A DNA stretch of 64,000 bases. Origin: an uncultured Verrucomicrobiae bacterium. GTDB taxonomy: Bacteria > Verrucomicrobiota > Verrucomicrobiia > Chthoniobacterales > JAFAMB01. Within the stretch, counting starts at the first letter, position 1; each line of letters opens with the position of its first letter. The position numbers and the translations under genes are program-made. Positions 42,317 to 52,839 of this stretch are shown here, piece after piece. The stretch spans positions 1,504,001 to 1,568,000 of the forward strand of contig CAWIPH010000002.1 in assembly GCA_963837955.1 (NCBI GenBank). Direction: 5' to 3'. The notes under the pieces were generated by a model. The model saw only the letters and a program-made list of their open reading frames with translations. It was not told the DNA's origin and did not search any database.

Positions 42317-42661
42317 AGCCTGACTTTGTGTTTTTATCGGATCGGATTTGTTTAATCAGTAGCCGATACGAAAGGACACCCTCGCGCAGAGCGCATCGAA
42401 CTCTAGCTAGATCTAATCGGAACTGTCGGCATGGAGATTAGCTATTTTGTCGGTCGGACTTCAAGATTTGTCAAAAAACTACCCCAATTAACCGGTCCGT
42501 TACCGATTTTGATTTGTAGAATCTCATGAAAAGCATTTAACACAGATAAAAAACGTGTGTGGAGTTTTTAGACATGACCCCTTTAGACGACTACTGGGTG
42601 ATCAACGACGCCTCATCACGGAGTTTCAAACGACGGAGCGAAGTTGGAGAGCGCCGGGAAC

Positions 42662-42888
42662 CGTCCCGCAGGGACGCAATGAAAGTAGCCCAGCACTTCA
42701 GTGCTGGGAAATGGTGCAAAGAGGCGCCCGTCCCGGAGGGACGATCGAACCGTTGCCCCTTCGCGTGGGATGCGAGTTCAATGAACGTAAGCAGTGATCG
42801 ATCGTCCCTACCGGGACGGACTGCCTTCAAAAAAACGTTAACCCAGCACTTCGTACTGGGCTACTTTCATTGAGTCCCTGCGGGACGG
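42662..42888. repeat. REP family A variant, copy 5
   Basis: Same arms with a different central spacer. Confidence 0.85.
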
Positions 42889-42986
42889 TGCCCGGCGTTA
42901 GAAAAGCCGCCGTGCTTTTACAGAGGACCCCTTTTCACGACGACTCAATCGAAAGAATCGATTGCAAGTGATCGGAAGGTCTTTAG

Positions 42987-44441
42987 ATGAGTTGCATGGG
43001 CGAGACCATTGTTATCGACGCAGCTGGTTCAACCACCCCGTTCCCCCATTTTTGGGAGCACATGTTCGGCTCCTGTCACGCTTCGGTGACCCTTTGCGAG
43101 GACTGGCGGAACGACTTGCGAATGCTTAAAGAGATCGTTGACGTAAAATATGTCAGGTTTCACGGCATCTTTGAACGGTCTGTGGGCATCTACGACCGCG
43201 AAGACAAAGACGGTAATCTGATACTGAATTTTACCCGCGTTGATCTGATCTATGACGGACTGCTCAAGAACGGCGTGCGTCCCTTCATCGAACTCGGATT
43301 CATGCCGGAGGAGCTGGCCAAGACGCAAGCCGTTCATCCATTCTGGTATCATCCCACCGTGGCGCCTCCCCGGGATCCGCAGAAATGGTATCAGCTTATC
43401 CTTCTGTTTGCTCAACACCTGGTTGACCGATACGGACTAGCCGAGGTCTCCGATTGGTACTTCGAAGTTTGGAACGAGCCGAATATCAATTTCTGGGCGG
43501 GCGAGCCCAAAGAAGAAACCTACTACGACCTCTACGACCTAACGGCACGCGCTCTCAAAGCGGTCAGCCCTCTATTGAGAGTCGGCGGACCCGCTACGGC
43601 GCAAGCCGCTTGGGTAGATCGCTTCCTCCAGCATTGCGACGAAAACGATGTGCCAGTTGATTTCGTCTCGACCCATATTTATCCGAACGACACGGCGCTG
43701 AATGTCTTTGGGAAAGAGGAAAAGATCCCGCAATCGGAGATGGTCGCTCGAGCGGTTCGAAAGATTTACCATGAAGTAAAGGCGTCGGCTAAGCCAGATT
43801 TGCCGATCATCTGGAGCGAATACAATGCTGGATTCGACCACGTGGAATTGGATTCGCCATACGTCGGTAGTTGGCTCGCCAACAACATCCGCCAGTGTTC
43901 AGGTGGGTTAGTAACCGAGATGTCCTATTGGACGTTCACCGATGCTTTCTTTGAAGAAGGCGGCGTTTTTAAGAGCCCTTTTTCAAAAGGGTTTGGCCTG
44001 ATCGCAACAGGCGGAATTCCCAAAGCCTCTTTTTACGCTTTCAAAATTTTGCGGCGCTTGGGTGATCAGCAATTGGCATTGAACCACCCATCGGCTCTGG
44101 CGACTGTTCGATCCGTCGATCATTCAGTGGTAACGGCTATTTGGAACTATACCCCTCCTACCGAGACTGGTTTTGCCAAAAGATTCGATATCCAGTTAAG
44201 AGGAGCGCCCCAGACTAGGTATGCCAGGATTCATCTAGTCGACGAAGATCATGGATCGCCACTCAAAGAGTGGGAGGCGATGGGGAGCCCGTCTTTTCCT
44301 AGTTTGCAACAGCAAGCCAAGCTGCGTCTGGTTGGTGAACAGTCGCTAGCTGAAGGCGTGACTGTCGTACAAAAAGACCCAACCAACCTGTCGCTCACAC
44401 TGAAACCGAACGCGTTAGTGGTGGTGGAATTCGAACGGTAG
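42987..44441 (+). CDS. GH39 beta-xylosidase-like glycoside hydrolase
   Basis: YVRFHGIF, RPFIELGFMP, FEVWNEPN (acid/base), IWSEYN (nucleophile) and SYWTFTD.FEE motifs. Confidence 0.92.
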   Translation: MSCMGETIVIDAAGSTTPFPHFWEHMFGSCHASVTLCEDWRNDLRMLKEIVDVKYVRFHGIFERSVGIYDREDKDGNLILNFTRVDLIYDGLLKNGVRPFIELGFMPEELAKTQAVHPFWYHPTVAPPRDPQKWYQLILLFAQHLVDRYGLAEVSDWYFEVWNEPNINFWAGEPKEETYYDLYDLTARALKAVSPLLRVGGPATAQAAWVDRFLQHCDENDVPVDFVSTHIYPNDTALNVFGKEEKIPQSEMVARAVRKIYHEVKASAKPDLPIIWSEYNAGFDHVELDSPYVGSWLANNIRQCSGGLVTEMSYWTFTDAFFEEGGVFKSPFSKGFGLIATGGIPKASFYAFKILRRLGDQQLALNHPSALATVRSVDHSVVTAIWNYTPPTETGFAKRFDIQLRGAPQTRYARIHLVDEDHGSPLKEWEAMGSPSFPSLQQQAKLRLVGEQSLAEGVTVVQKDPTNLSLTLKPNALVVVEFER

Positions 44442-44462
44442 GAGAGAGGACTTCGATCTCGG

Positions 44463-44865
44463 TACGCCGACGTGTCCGACGAAGCCTTCCCGTTGCTCGA
44501 ACTACGGCTAATGGGTGGCGAAGTCGGAAGGCGTTAGAGGACTCAGCCCGGGGTGGAGGCTTTGCGCAACCCCGGGTAACCCAAAAAATGCGCGTCCGCT
44601 CTGACGCGTCCCGCCGAAGGCCTTGCGAAGGAGGAAGGAGCCCAAGAAACCTTCAAAAAACCTTGGTTACGGCAGCAGCAATCTGTAGAGGCCGACGCTA
44701 AGTAAGGGGATCTGGAAGGGGCGTTCATGTTGTCGATCGAGCCAGTAATGAGCGCCGTTCTGCCAGATGGTCTTGCGCTCTTTCAGAGCGGACGCGAATT
44801 TTTGAGTTACCCGGGGTTGCGCAAAGCCTCCACCCCGGGCTGAGTCCTCTAACGCCTTCGGCGTA
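44463..44865. repeat. Second REPIN-like fold-back family (about 400 bp), followed by a GTAG-type REP (about 44863-44915)
   Basis: Arms aggcgttagaggactcagcccggggtggaggctttgcgcaaccccgggtaac and its exact reverse complement. Confidence 0.88.
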
Positions 44866-44927
44866 GGGACGCGCTCCCGCGCGTCCGGTTATGAACGGAC
44901 AAGCCGGAGCTCGTAGACCCCTTTAGA

Positions 44928-47900
44928 TCAGTGCCAGAACGGTGCTGGTGGTTCACGTATGATGATCGATAATGGTCGGTGCGGCTCGTCTCGCTCGACC
45001 CACACTGTGATGCGGAGTCGCTCCCGCCAGGCACGCTCGGTCAATTCTTCTATCTCCTTCTCGCGGCTGAAGAATTTGCGTTCACCATCTTCTGTCTCCA
45101 GCAGAAAGCCCTCAAAATCACCAAACTGATCGAAGATCAAACCGGCAATCTTGCCGGTGAAACCCTTTCGCTCCTCACGTTCACGCTCTTCCTCTTCTTC
45201 CTCTCCGGGATGTCGATGTTTCCGTCGGCCTTCTCCAGTGGGCGAGGGCAGGATTTGGGTTGGATCGCCCCCAAAGGAGGTCACCCGACCCGCGATCTGC
45301 TCAAGATAGCGCCGGAAGGCGAGGTACCAGCGGTTGTGGTGCGGAATGGCTTCGGCTATCCATCGCAGTACCGACAGATCTCGCTCCTCTCGCTCAAGCA
45401 GCACTCCCTTCGTTCTCACCGGGATGGTGAGCTGGAATGCACCCAAAACGCGCCGCCATTCGATCTCGGCTGGCACTGCCACTGCTGCCGCACGTCGACG
45501 CGCCCCGATCTGGGGCGGCGGCACGCCGAAGGCGTTGGTCACTTGCCGAACAACAACATTAAAGACTTCGCTTTTTCGGACCGTTTTTGGCAGTTCGACT
45601 GACAGTAGGCCCGTGTAGTTGATGCTTGCTCCCGGTGGAATCGGAACGTAGGTGATACCGCCTGTCTGGCATTGCAGAGTGTGGTCGTCGGCACGCGCCA
45701 GCCGATGCGACGAGTACATCTTGTGTGCCATGGCAAGAACGTCGGCCACCTTGACAGCGGGCAAATAGATTTGCGCCGAACTGCCCTTAGGAATGTTCCC
45801 CCAATCAATCATCAACTCATCAGGCGTCTGGTCGGGTGGCAAACCTGCTGGCGTCGGCCGGACTTCGAATGTGCTCAACGCTTGCGCGGACCCAACATCG
45901 CTCCACGCAAGATTGCGCTGGGCGAGCTTGTCCCAGTTCGATGGATCCTTACCGATTGGAATTGCTACCGGATCAAACGCAATCTCCGCGATCAGGCACT
46001 GATGCAGATTGCGCAAGATCGCCTGCTGGATCGGCAGTGGCGGGTTTCCGGGGTCGGTGAATGGACCGTCGACGTTCGTTGCCGGCACTTGGCCTGGAAG
46101 AGCGTTGTTGGCGGTCACGCCATCCGGCTTGAACGGCTGATTGATATCCAGCCAGCAGCCGTAGAACAGATCGACCTCGGAACCGTCCGCATGGGCAATG
46201 AAAGTCTGCACGTTATAGGGATCATCGGTTTGCTGGTCCATTCCGACCGCTGTTGAATCAATGCGCGGCGCCGCGAAACACGGGATCGTGACGTATTCGT
46301 TGCCCTGAATCCCGGCGAGTGGAATCGGTTGTCCATCGGGATTACTCGATGCGCGCCGGTACGTTGTGGAAGGATCAAAAGCTGCCGAGGTGGTCTGGGC
46401 CTGAAACAGACGAAAGAAGACCCGCACGTTTGTCGCACCGATCAGGCCAATGTAGTGCACCTTGGCCAGCGCAAAATTGAAAACTTGTTGGCCACTGCCC
46501 ATCGGTCCGTCGGTCGGGTTAACGAAAAGCTTGGCTGATTCATCAGTCGGAAGGCTGTCGAATGTGTCCCCGCCAGCCGTACCGTTGCCCGCCGTCAAGG
46601 CTGCAATTACCTGCTGGATGAAGCCGGGAGCTGCCGAGGCATCGGTACCCATGGTCACGCCAAATTTCGTTTCCGCTGCCCTGACGACAAATACGCGCAG
46701 ATCGACACTTAGCCAGGCAGGATCGCCATGCAAAATAAATGGGTCAGGCTGCTTGATCAGCTCGATCTGCCCGGCGGCTGGTATGCCGCCGGCCGTCACG
46801 TTCAGGGTAACAAACTCGGTCGCCTGAGCGAAGTTGAATGCACTGTCGTCCGGGAAGTCGATATCGTAGTAGAAGGTGAAGCGCTGGACCTCCGCACCAT
46901 AATCGCCGTTGTCCGACGTGTTGCCGGTACAGTTGATGATCATGCCGGCGACCGGCGATGCCACGGTCAATATAGAATTAGATCCGGTGATCCCCAATTC
47001 GCCCGCAGCAAAGCCGTCGACAACGACACGGAAAGCATCTGGTACAGGCAGCCCACCGAGAGAATTGGGCGGTTGCAGGCGCCTTGCATCAATCTCGTCC
47101 TGGCCCAGAGTGCTGCGTTCAATGATGAAAGCACAGTTCTTGATGCTGTTCCGAACCCAGAGACAAAAGGCGAGTAGACCGCTAGTGATCTCCTGAATGA
47201 TGTTCTGCATTTCGGCGTAAGGCGGCTGGAATTGGGTTCCCCATTCCAGCGTGTAGGAAATCACGTTCTGCTTACTGGGATCGACGAAATGCCGGCTGTA
47301 CGCATAATCGTCCGAGGTCCCTGCGGTCGGGTAGAGGTTGAAGGATGGTTTGACCGTATAGTTCGTGCCGCGGAATGCCTGAATGCCATCGTGGAAAGTG
47401 TTGGCGAGGCCGAGGCCAGTCGATAGATCGTTGGCTGGAATGTATTCCTTGTAGGCGTCGCCGGCCACGCCTCGCATGCCGTCAAAAGCCGGGTTGCGGA
47501 AGTTCATGGTGGGGTCGGCGGTCTGATCTTCGTCATCCCCCCAGCTATACAATATGTCTTGGCCGTAGCTGTGCAGGTCCACGAAGAACCCTACATTCGG
47601 AAAGTTGTCGAAGACCCATTTCGCGTTGCTGCTCTCCGGCTCGGAGAAGGCGCTCGGACCATTGTACAACTGGTAGTCGCAAGGATCGGTGGAATCCACG
47701 ATGCCTGAGCCCGGAACGTTAAAGTACACAGGGAAATTCCAAAGGAAGTCGTAGTTGCGGTTGACGTCGACACCTGTGCATGCGGCGGAGTTGGGTGCCG
47801 CCGTGCGGCGGTTCTTCCGCCAATAGGCCTCCGTGTTCATGCTGTAGTTACGGCCGTCGGGGTTGGCTTGCGGAAATACGACGATATCGAGCGTATTGAC

Positions 47901-48215
47901 GATGGTCTGGATGTCAGCGGCCGTGAACGTCTTGCTGCCGAAAGTCAGACTGGTGCCGTTCTGGTACGCCTGTTCCAACTGTTCGATGAAGTTGATGAGA
48001 ATATCCGCGCTACCCCACTCGCGCGAGTGGATGCCACCGAGGAAATAGACGCCCGGGCGGCTCGACCCGCTGCCGTTCGCAATCTTGATTGCGTGGCACT
48101 GGCGGCCTTCCCAGGTGAGACTCGGTAGCGTAATGAGCTGGGTGAATCCGGTATAAGGAGAGGAGGTCGCGACCGAAAGCGCCGACTCCACCTCGGTGAT
48201 ATTCAGATAGGGCAT
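44928..48215 (-). CDS. M14 zinc carboxypeptidase with a C-terminal extension of about 730 aa
   Basis: GIHSREW (HxxE), NPDG, WRKNR, DVNRNY, FSEPE, DLHSYG and TLEW motifs in the first 360 aa or so. Confidence 0.9.
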   Translation of the reverse strand: MPYLNITEVESALSVATSSPYTGFTQLITLPSLTWEGRQCHAIKIANGSGSSRPGVYFLGGIHSREWGSADILINFIEQLEQAYQNGTSLTFGSKTFTAADIQTIVNTLDIVVFPQANPDGRNYSMNTEAYWRKNRRTAAPNSAACTGVDVNRNYDFLWNFPVYFNVPGSGIVDSTDPCDYQLYNGPSAFSEPESSNAKWVFDNFPNVGFFVDLHSYGQDILYSWGDDEDQTADPTMNFRNPAFDGMRGVAGDAYKEYIPANDLSTGLGLANTFHDGIQAFRGTNYTVKPSFNLYPTAGTSDDYAYSRHFVDPSKQNVISYTLEWGTQFQPPYAEMQNIIQEITSGLLAFCLWVRNSIKNCAFIIERSTLGQDEIDARRLQPPNSLGGLPVPDAFRVVVDGFAAGELGITGSNSILTVASPVAGMIINCTGNTSDNGDYGAEVQRFTFYYDIDFPDDSAFNFAQATEFVTLNVTAGGIPAAGQIELIKQPDPFILHGDPAWLSVDLRVFVVRAAETKFGVTMGTDASAAPGFIQQVIAALTAGNGTAGGDTFDSLPTDESAKLFVNPTDGPMGSGQQVFNFALAKVHYIGLIGATNVRVFFRLFQAQTTSAAFDPSTTYRRASSNPDGQPIPLAGIQGNEYVTIPCFAAPRIDSTAVGMDQQTDDPYNVQTFIAHADGSEVDLFYGCWLDINQPFKPDGVTANNALPGQVPATNVDGPFTDPGNPPLPIQQAILRNLHQCLIAEIAFDPVAIPIGKDPSNWDKLAQRNLAWSDVGSAQALSTFEVRPTPAGLPPDQTPDELMIDWGNIPKGSSAQIYLPAVKVADVLAMAHKMYSSHRLARADDHTLQCQTGGITYVPIPPGASINYTGLLSVELPKTVRKSEVFNVVVRQVTNAFGVPPPQIGARRRAAAVAVPAEIEWRRVLGAFQLTIPVRTKGVLLEREERDLSVLRWIAEAIPHHNRWYLAFRRYLEQIAGRVTSFGGDPTQILPSPTGEGRRKHRHPGEEEEEEREREERKGFTGKIAGLIFDQFGDFEGFLLETEDGERKFFSREKEIEELTERAWRERLRITVWVERDEPHRPLSIIIREPPAPFWH

Positions 48216-48233
48216 TCGAGATCCTTTCTTGCG

Positions 48234-48497
48234 CTAGTCATGTTTGTATCGATCGCCGCGCCCGACCTCCTGTTGACGGGCTTTGCCGTCCTTATCTACA
48301 TCTTCATGGCGTTCGACGTGGTAGCCGGCGTTTTTGAGCTTTTGGATATCTGCGGGTTCCGCGATGGTGTCGACGCTGTAGCCAACGGAGTCGGAGTATT
48401 GGCTACCATGATCGAAAACCTGGATCTTAAGTTTGCGGACTAGGTCGAGCATCGCTTCTCTGTCTTTGCTCGTGATGGTAATGCGATAGCGTGGCAT
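48234..48497 (-). CDS. Small protein resembling a carboxypeptidase pro-(activation) domain
   Basis: 87 aa, alternating beta/alpha pattern, IQKLKNAGYHVE; ends 18 nt upstream of the M14 gene. Confidence 0.6.
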   Translation of the reverse strand: MPRYRITITSKDREAMLDLVRKLKIQVFDHGSQYSDSVGYSVDTIAEPADIQKLKNAGYHVERHEDVDKDGKARQQEVGRGDRYKHD

Positions 48498-48820
48498 TGA
48501 AGAAACGGGGTTAGGGTTGTTGACGTTGTCGTGTCCTTAGCGCGTGGCTTTTTCTTAGCTGGCATACGCCTCTTTAAGGCTGAGAGCCTATCGTCGCTTT
48601 GAACTGGGTATAGAGAGCTATCCTCGAGCGAGACCCTTGACCGAGCGACGCCTAGCGATTGTAGCGCCTGGGGGAGAAGGAAATCGGACGAAGAAAGTTC
48701 CTGCCTCTTCCACGGTAAGGCCCGTATGAAACCTGTCTATACGCATTTCGACGTATCCCTAGGATGGCGTAAATCGCGTGCGTACGTTGAATGTGGCATG
48801 AGCAATGCCTGAAGCTTAGG

Positions 48821-49296
48821 AACGCCGACAACGCCGACAACGCCGACAACGCCGACAACGGACAACGCCGACAACGCCGACAACGCCGACAACGCCGACA
48901 ACGCCGGGAACGCCGGGAACGCCGGGAACGCACGGGAGCGCCGAGAGTCGTCCCGAAGGGACCCAATGAAAGTAGCCCAGTACGAAGTGCTGGGAAATCA
49001 TCCAAAAAGAGACGTCCGTCCCGCAGGGACGATCGAAATGTTTTGGCTCCTGGTCGTCTCGTATGCAACTTCACCAGCGCAAGCAACCGTCGATCGTCCC
49101 ATCCGGGACGGGTCGTTTTTTTGAACGCCACCCAGCACTTCGTACTGGGCTACTTTCATTGGGTCCCTCCGGGACGAGTCCCGTCCGTTGCCGGCGTTGT
49201 CGGCGATGCCGGCGTTCTCCGACTTCGCTCCGTCGTTTGAAACTCCGGCAGGCTTCCTCCTATGCTAAAGCTTCGGAGGACAAGTCGTCGGACAAG
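48821..49296. repeat. 9-mer tracts (AACGCCGAC / AACGCCGGG) flanking REP family A copy 6 (48949-49176), plus nested mini-elements
   Basis: Read directly. Confidence 0.88.
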
Positions 49297-49315
49297 CCGG
49301 CGTTACAAAAAGCCG

Positions 49316-50377
49316 TTACCTTCTATTCAAATCCTTCTTCGCGTCTTTGCGTCTTTGCGTGAGATTTTCTGTCGTGCTTTCACGGACAACGAGTTCTGGA
49401 CGCAAGAGCTGCAGCGGCGGCTCGACCGGTTCCCGATTGATCATGCGTAAAAGCATTTCCACGCAGTGTTCTCCTTGCTGGGCGAAATCATGATGAATCG
49501 TGGTCAAAGGTGGCTCAAAGAATCGTGATTCTGGAAGGTCATCGTACCCGACCACGGAAATTTTCTTGGGCACCTGAATATCCCTCGCGTGCAGTGCTCG
49601 TAGGGCGCCCAAAGCCATGTGGTCGTTTCCCGCCACGATCGCCGTGAACGATCCGAAGGCGGAGTCCAGAAGGTGGGTTGTTGCCGCATACCCGCTCTTT
49701 GCACTCCAATCGCCCTCAACCAAGGGTCCCGGTTCCAAGCCAGCGCGTTTGATGGTTTGTGCCCAGGCCTTTCGGCGCTCGTTGGATGCCGACCAAGCCC
49801 GAGGCCCGGCGATGCAAGCGATCCGCCGGTGACCCAAATCAAGCAAGTGCTGAGTGGCAAGCTGAGCTCCCAGCGATTGGTCAACGATCACCGTGGGCAC
49901 GTTTGTAGCGGTCCCACCATCGAGCGTTACAAAGGGCACGCCACGGCAGAGTTTGCGGACGAATTCAACTCTCCCCTCGACGCGCACGCCCAGCACCAGC
50001 CCGTCAATTTGATGCTCGCACAAATCCTCGATCGCTGCGGCCAGTTGAGTTTTACCGGGGCGCTCAATCCCGGCGAACATTAAGTTATAGCCGTGCCGCT
50101 TGGCCGTTTCTTCGATGCTGACCATGACCTGGGCGGGGCCATAGTAGGTGATATTGGTGCCCACCATACCAATCACGCTTGAGCGCCGGGTAGCCAGACG
50201 GCGGGCCACGAGATTGGGCCGGTAATCCAGTTCGGCAATGGCTCGCAGAACCTTCGCGCGGGTTTTTTCGGTAACCAGCTGGCTGCCATTAACCACCCGC
50301 GAAACGGTCTGGTACGACACGCCGCAACGGGCGGCTACATCATCGAGGGTAACACTTCGGGTGGGAGGATTATCCAT
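49316..50377 (-). CDS. LacI-family transcriptional repressor
   Basis: TLDDVAARCGVSYQTVSRVVN HTH; NDHMALG, SVVGYDD and PPLTTI motifs. Confidence 0.95.
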   Translation of the reverse strand: MDNPPTRSVTLDDVAARCGVSYQTVSRVVNGSQLVTEKTRAKVLRAIAELDYRPNLVARRLATRRSSVIGMVGTNITYYGPAQVMVSIEETAKRHGYNLMFAGIERPGKTQLAAAIEDLCEHQIDGLVLGVRVEGRVEFVRKLCRGVPFVTLDGGTATNVPTVIVDQSLGAQLATQHLLDLGHRRIACIAGPRAWSASNERRKAWAQTIKRAGLEPGPLVEGDWSAKSGYAATTHLLDSAFGSFTAIVAGNDHMALGALRALHARDIQVPKKISVVGYDDLPESRFFEPPLTTIHHDFAQQGEHCVEMLLRMINREPVEPPLQLLRPELVVRESTTENLTQRRKDAKKDLNRR

Positions 50378-50422
50378 TGAAACCGCTTAAAGCTTAGCGG
50401 CGAGCAGGGTTACCGCCAGCAA

Positions 50423-50491
50423 AATTGTGGGCGCTCACAAAAAATGCTTGCATCCGGTTGACTTTAAGTCCAAATGTGGGCGCCCACAATT
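50423..50491. promoter_or_regulatory. Two LacI operator palindromes (50423-50442 and 50472-50491)
   Basis: aattgtgggcgctcacaaaa and aaatgtgggcgcccacaatt, both close to symmetric lacO AATTGTGAGCGCTCACAATT. Confidence 0.85.
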
Positions 50492-50511
50492 TGCGGGCTG
50501 TTTCCTCCATT

Positions 50512-51912
50512 ATGAACAATTCTAACGTTTTCCGTTCGGTTTCACAGCTTCCCCGCACCCGCCAGATCGGTTTCCTCTTGCTTTCGGCGATAGCGGTGTT
50601 CGTTCTCGGGCTGCCGCTCTTGTCGGCTAGCGCTCAACAGGCATTCAAGGAACCTGAGTACAGCAAGTTTAAAGCAGAGGACGGCCCGATTACCCTGGAG
50701 GTATGGTCGTGGGTTGGGGGTTTGGACAAAGCCGCCAAGCTTTTTGAGGAGGCGTACCCCAACATCAAAGTGCACGTCAACAACGTCGGCGGCGGCCCGA
50801 CCGAATACCAGAAACTACAGACCGCAATCAAAGCTGGTTCCGGCGGACCAGATGTCGCCCAGGTCGAGTTTATGTTCCTACCGTCTATGATCGTGACCGA
50901 TGGCCTGGCCGACCTGTCCCAATACGGAGCGAATGACATTAAATCTTATTTTGTGCCTTGGACCTGGGGTCAGGTGTCTCCCGACGGAAAGGCCGTCTTC
51001 GGTATCCCGCAGGACAGCGGACCGATGGCATTGCTCTATAACAAAAAGATTTTCGACCAGTACGGACTCACGGTGCCAACAACTTGGGATGAGTTCGCCC
51101 AGCAGGCTGAAAACCTCGCTCAGGCCAGCGCCGGCAAAGTGAAACTGGTGAACTTCTTTCCGACGCACGCTCCATGGTTCCTTAGCCTGGCCTGGGCCAA
51201 CGGCGCCGAATTGTTCCAAACGAAAGGGGACACCTGGAGCCAGTCACTTAACAGTCCGGCCTGCGAGAAGGTGCTCACCTACTGGGACGGACTAATCAAG
51301 AAGAAGTACGTGTCGACGATACCTGGGTTCACTGCGGAGTTCTACAACGCGATCGGTTCGGACCAGATCGCCACCTCGATCGAAGCGGCCTGGGGACCTG
51401 GAGTGCTGGCCGCTTCGCTTAACGACCGGACCTCTGGTGAGTGGCGGGTCGCCCCGCTGCCCCAGTGGACTAAGGATCAGCCGTTTCATAGCGGCAACTG
51501 GGGAGGCAGCTGTAACGTCGTGCTGAAGCAGTCGAAGCACTTGAAAGCCGCTACCCTTTTCTCAGTTTGGTTGAACACCGCCAAAGGTCCTATTCTCAGT
51601 AACTGGAATAATTATGGGCTCTTTCCAGCAGCCACTGCCGGACTCGCTTCGCCCGATCTTAACCAGCCGGACAAAAACCCGGGCAAATTCTGTGGCGGGC
51701 AAAATGTGGCGGAAGTCTACGTTCAGGCATCCAATGCGGTTAACGCTGACTTTGCTTGGGCTCCTTGGTTCGCCTTCGTGAACGACAACTATAACAAGCA
51801 AATTGATGCGTTACTTAACGGGAAGGCAACGCCCAAACAGGCTCTCGACGCCTGGCAGAGCGAGAGCCTTAAGAACGCCGCTGGCGATGGCTACGACATC
51901 AAAGCCAAGTAA
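50512..51912 (+). CDS. Sugar ABC transporter substrate-binding protein (CUT1)
   Basis: ITLEVWSW, AGSGGPDVAQVE, PQDSGPM, PTTWDE and GNWGGS motifs. Confidence 0.92.
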   Translation: MNNSNVFRSVSQLPRTRQIGFLLLSAIAVFVLGLPLLSASAQQAFKEPEYSKFKAEDGPITLEVWSWVGGLDKAAKLFEEAYPNIKVHVNNVGGGPTEYQKLQTAIKAGSGGPDVAQVEFMFLPSMIVTDGLADLSQYGANDIKSYFVPWTWGQVSPDGKAVFGIPQDSGPMALLYNKKIFDQYGLTVPTTWDEFAQQAENLAQASAGKVKLVNFFPTHAPWFLSLAWANGAELFQTKGDTWSQSLNSPACEKVLTYWDGLIKKKYVSTIPGFTAEFYNAIGSDQIATSIEAAWGPGVLAASLNDRTSGEWRVAPLPQWTKDQPFHSGNWGGSCNVVLKQSKHLKAATLFSVWLNTAKGPILSNWNNYGLFPAATAGLASPDLNQPDKNPGKFCGGQNVAEVYVQASNAVNADFAWAPWFAFVNDNYNKQIDALLNGKATPKQALDAWQSESLKNAAGDGYDIKAK

Positions 51913-51957
51913 CTACGCGGCTCAAAGAAACGGGCTTCACTAAATAACCACCAAGCA

Positions 51958-52824
51958 ATGCATCAACACCGCAAGAGCGCTTTTTTGTTCCTCGCGCCCT
52001 TTCTGGCGATGTTTGTCGCCTTCTATCTGGCACCGGTGGTTTACGCCATCTATCTTAGCCTGTTCGTTCGGAAACGGGTCGGCCTCGGTCCGGCCCAAGA
52101 GGTATTTGCGGGCCTGGCAAATTACGTTCGAGCCGTTCAAGACTGGGATTTCCTCAACGGCCTCAAAAACATGTTTGTCTTTGGGGCCTTTCAAGTTCCA
52201 ATCATGTTGGGCCTGGCAGTCGCGCTGGCACTGCTTCTGGATCAATCGCGCGGCATCTTTATGAAGTTCTGCCGCACGGCTTTTTTTATGCCGTACGGCA
52301 TCCCGACGGCTATTGGCGCTTTGATCTGGGGCTACTTGTACTCGCCCAACCTCTCGCCATTTAACCAGGTGTTAAACGCGCTTCATCAAAGCACGATCGA
52401 TTTTCTATCGCCGGCATTTGTCCTTTTCTCGATCGCCAACATCGTGACCTGGACCTGGACCGGCTACAACATGGTCACGTTGTTTGCTGCCTTGCAGAGT
52501 ATCCCCCAGGAGCTTTACGAGGCGGCGCGGGTCGATGGGGCCACAGCCTGGAACATCGTGCGCAGCATTAAACTGCCTTTGCTCATGCCCACCCTAAAGC
52601 TCTTGTTCATTTTTTCGGTGATCGGCACTTCGCAGCTCTTCACTGAAGCGTTCGTGTTGCGACCGCTTGGTTACGTGGCCGACAATGTTACCCCCAACCT
52701 TTACCTTTATCTAACCGCGGCACGCGACGCGAACTACTCTTATGCCGGAGCCATGGCCATCCTGTTGGCCTTGCTGATTTTTGCCCTGAGCGGTCCGTTT
52801 TTGCGCCGGATTAGTTCGCGATAG
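51958..52824 (+). CDS. Sugar ABC transporter permease
   Basis: [14 protein letters not shown] loop. Confidence 0.93.
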   Translation: MHQHRKSAFLFLAPFLAMFVAFYLAPVVYAIYLSLFVRKRVGLGPAQEVFAGLANYVRAVQDWDFLNGLKNMFVFGAFQVPIMLGLAVALALLLDQSRGIFMKFCRTAFFMPYGIPTAIGALIWGYLYSPNLSPFNQVLNALHQSTIDFLSPAFVLFSIANIVTWTWTGYNMVTLFAALQSIPQELYEAARVDGATAWNIVRSIKLPLLMPTLKLLFIFSVIGTSQLFTEAFVLRPLGYVADNVTPNLYLYLTAARDANYSYAGAMAILLALLIFALSGPFLRRISSR

Positions 52825-52839
52825 AAAACGAGAAAACGT

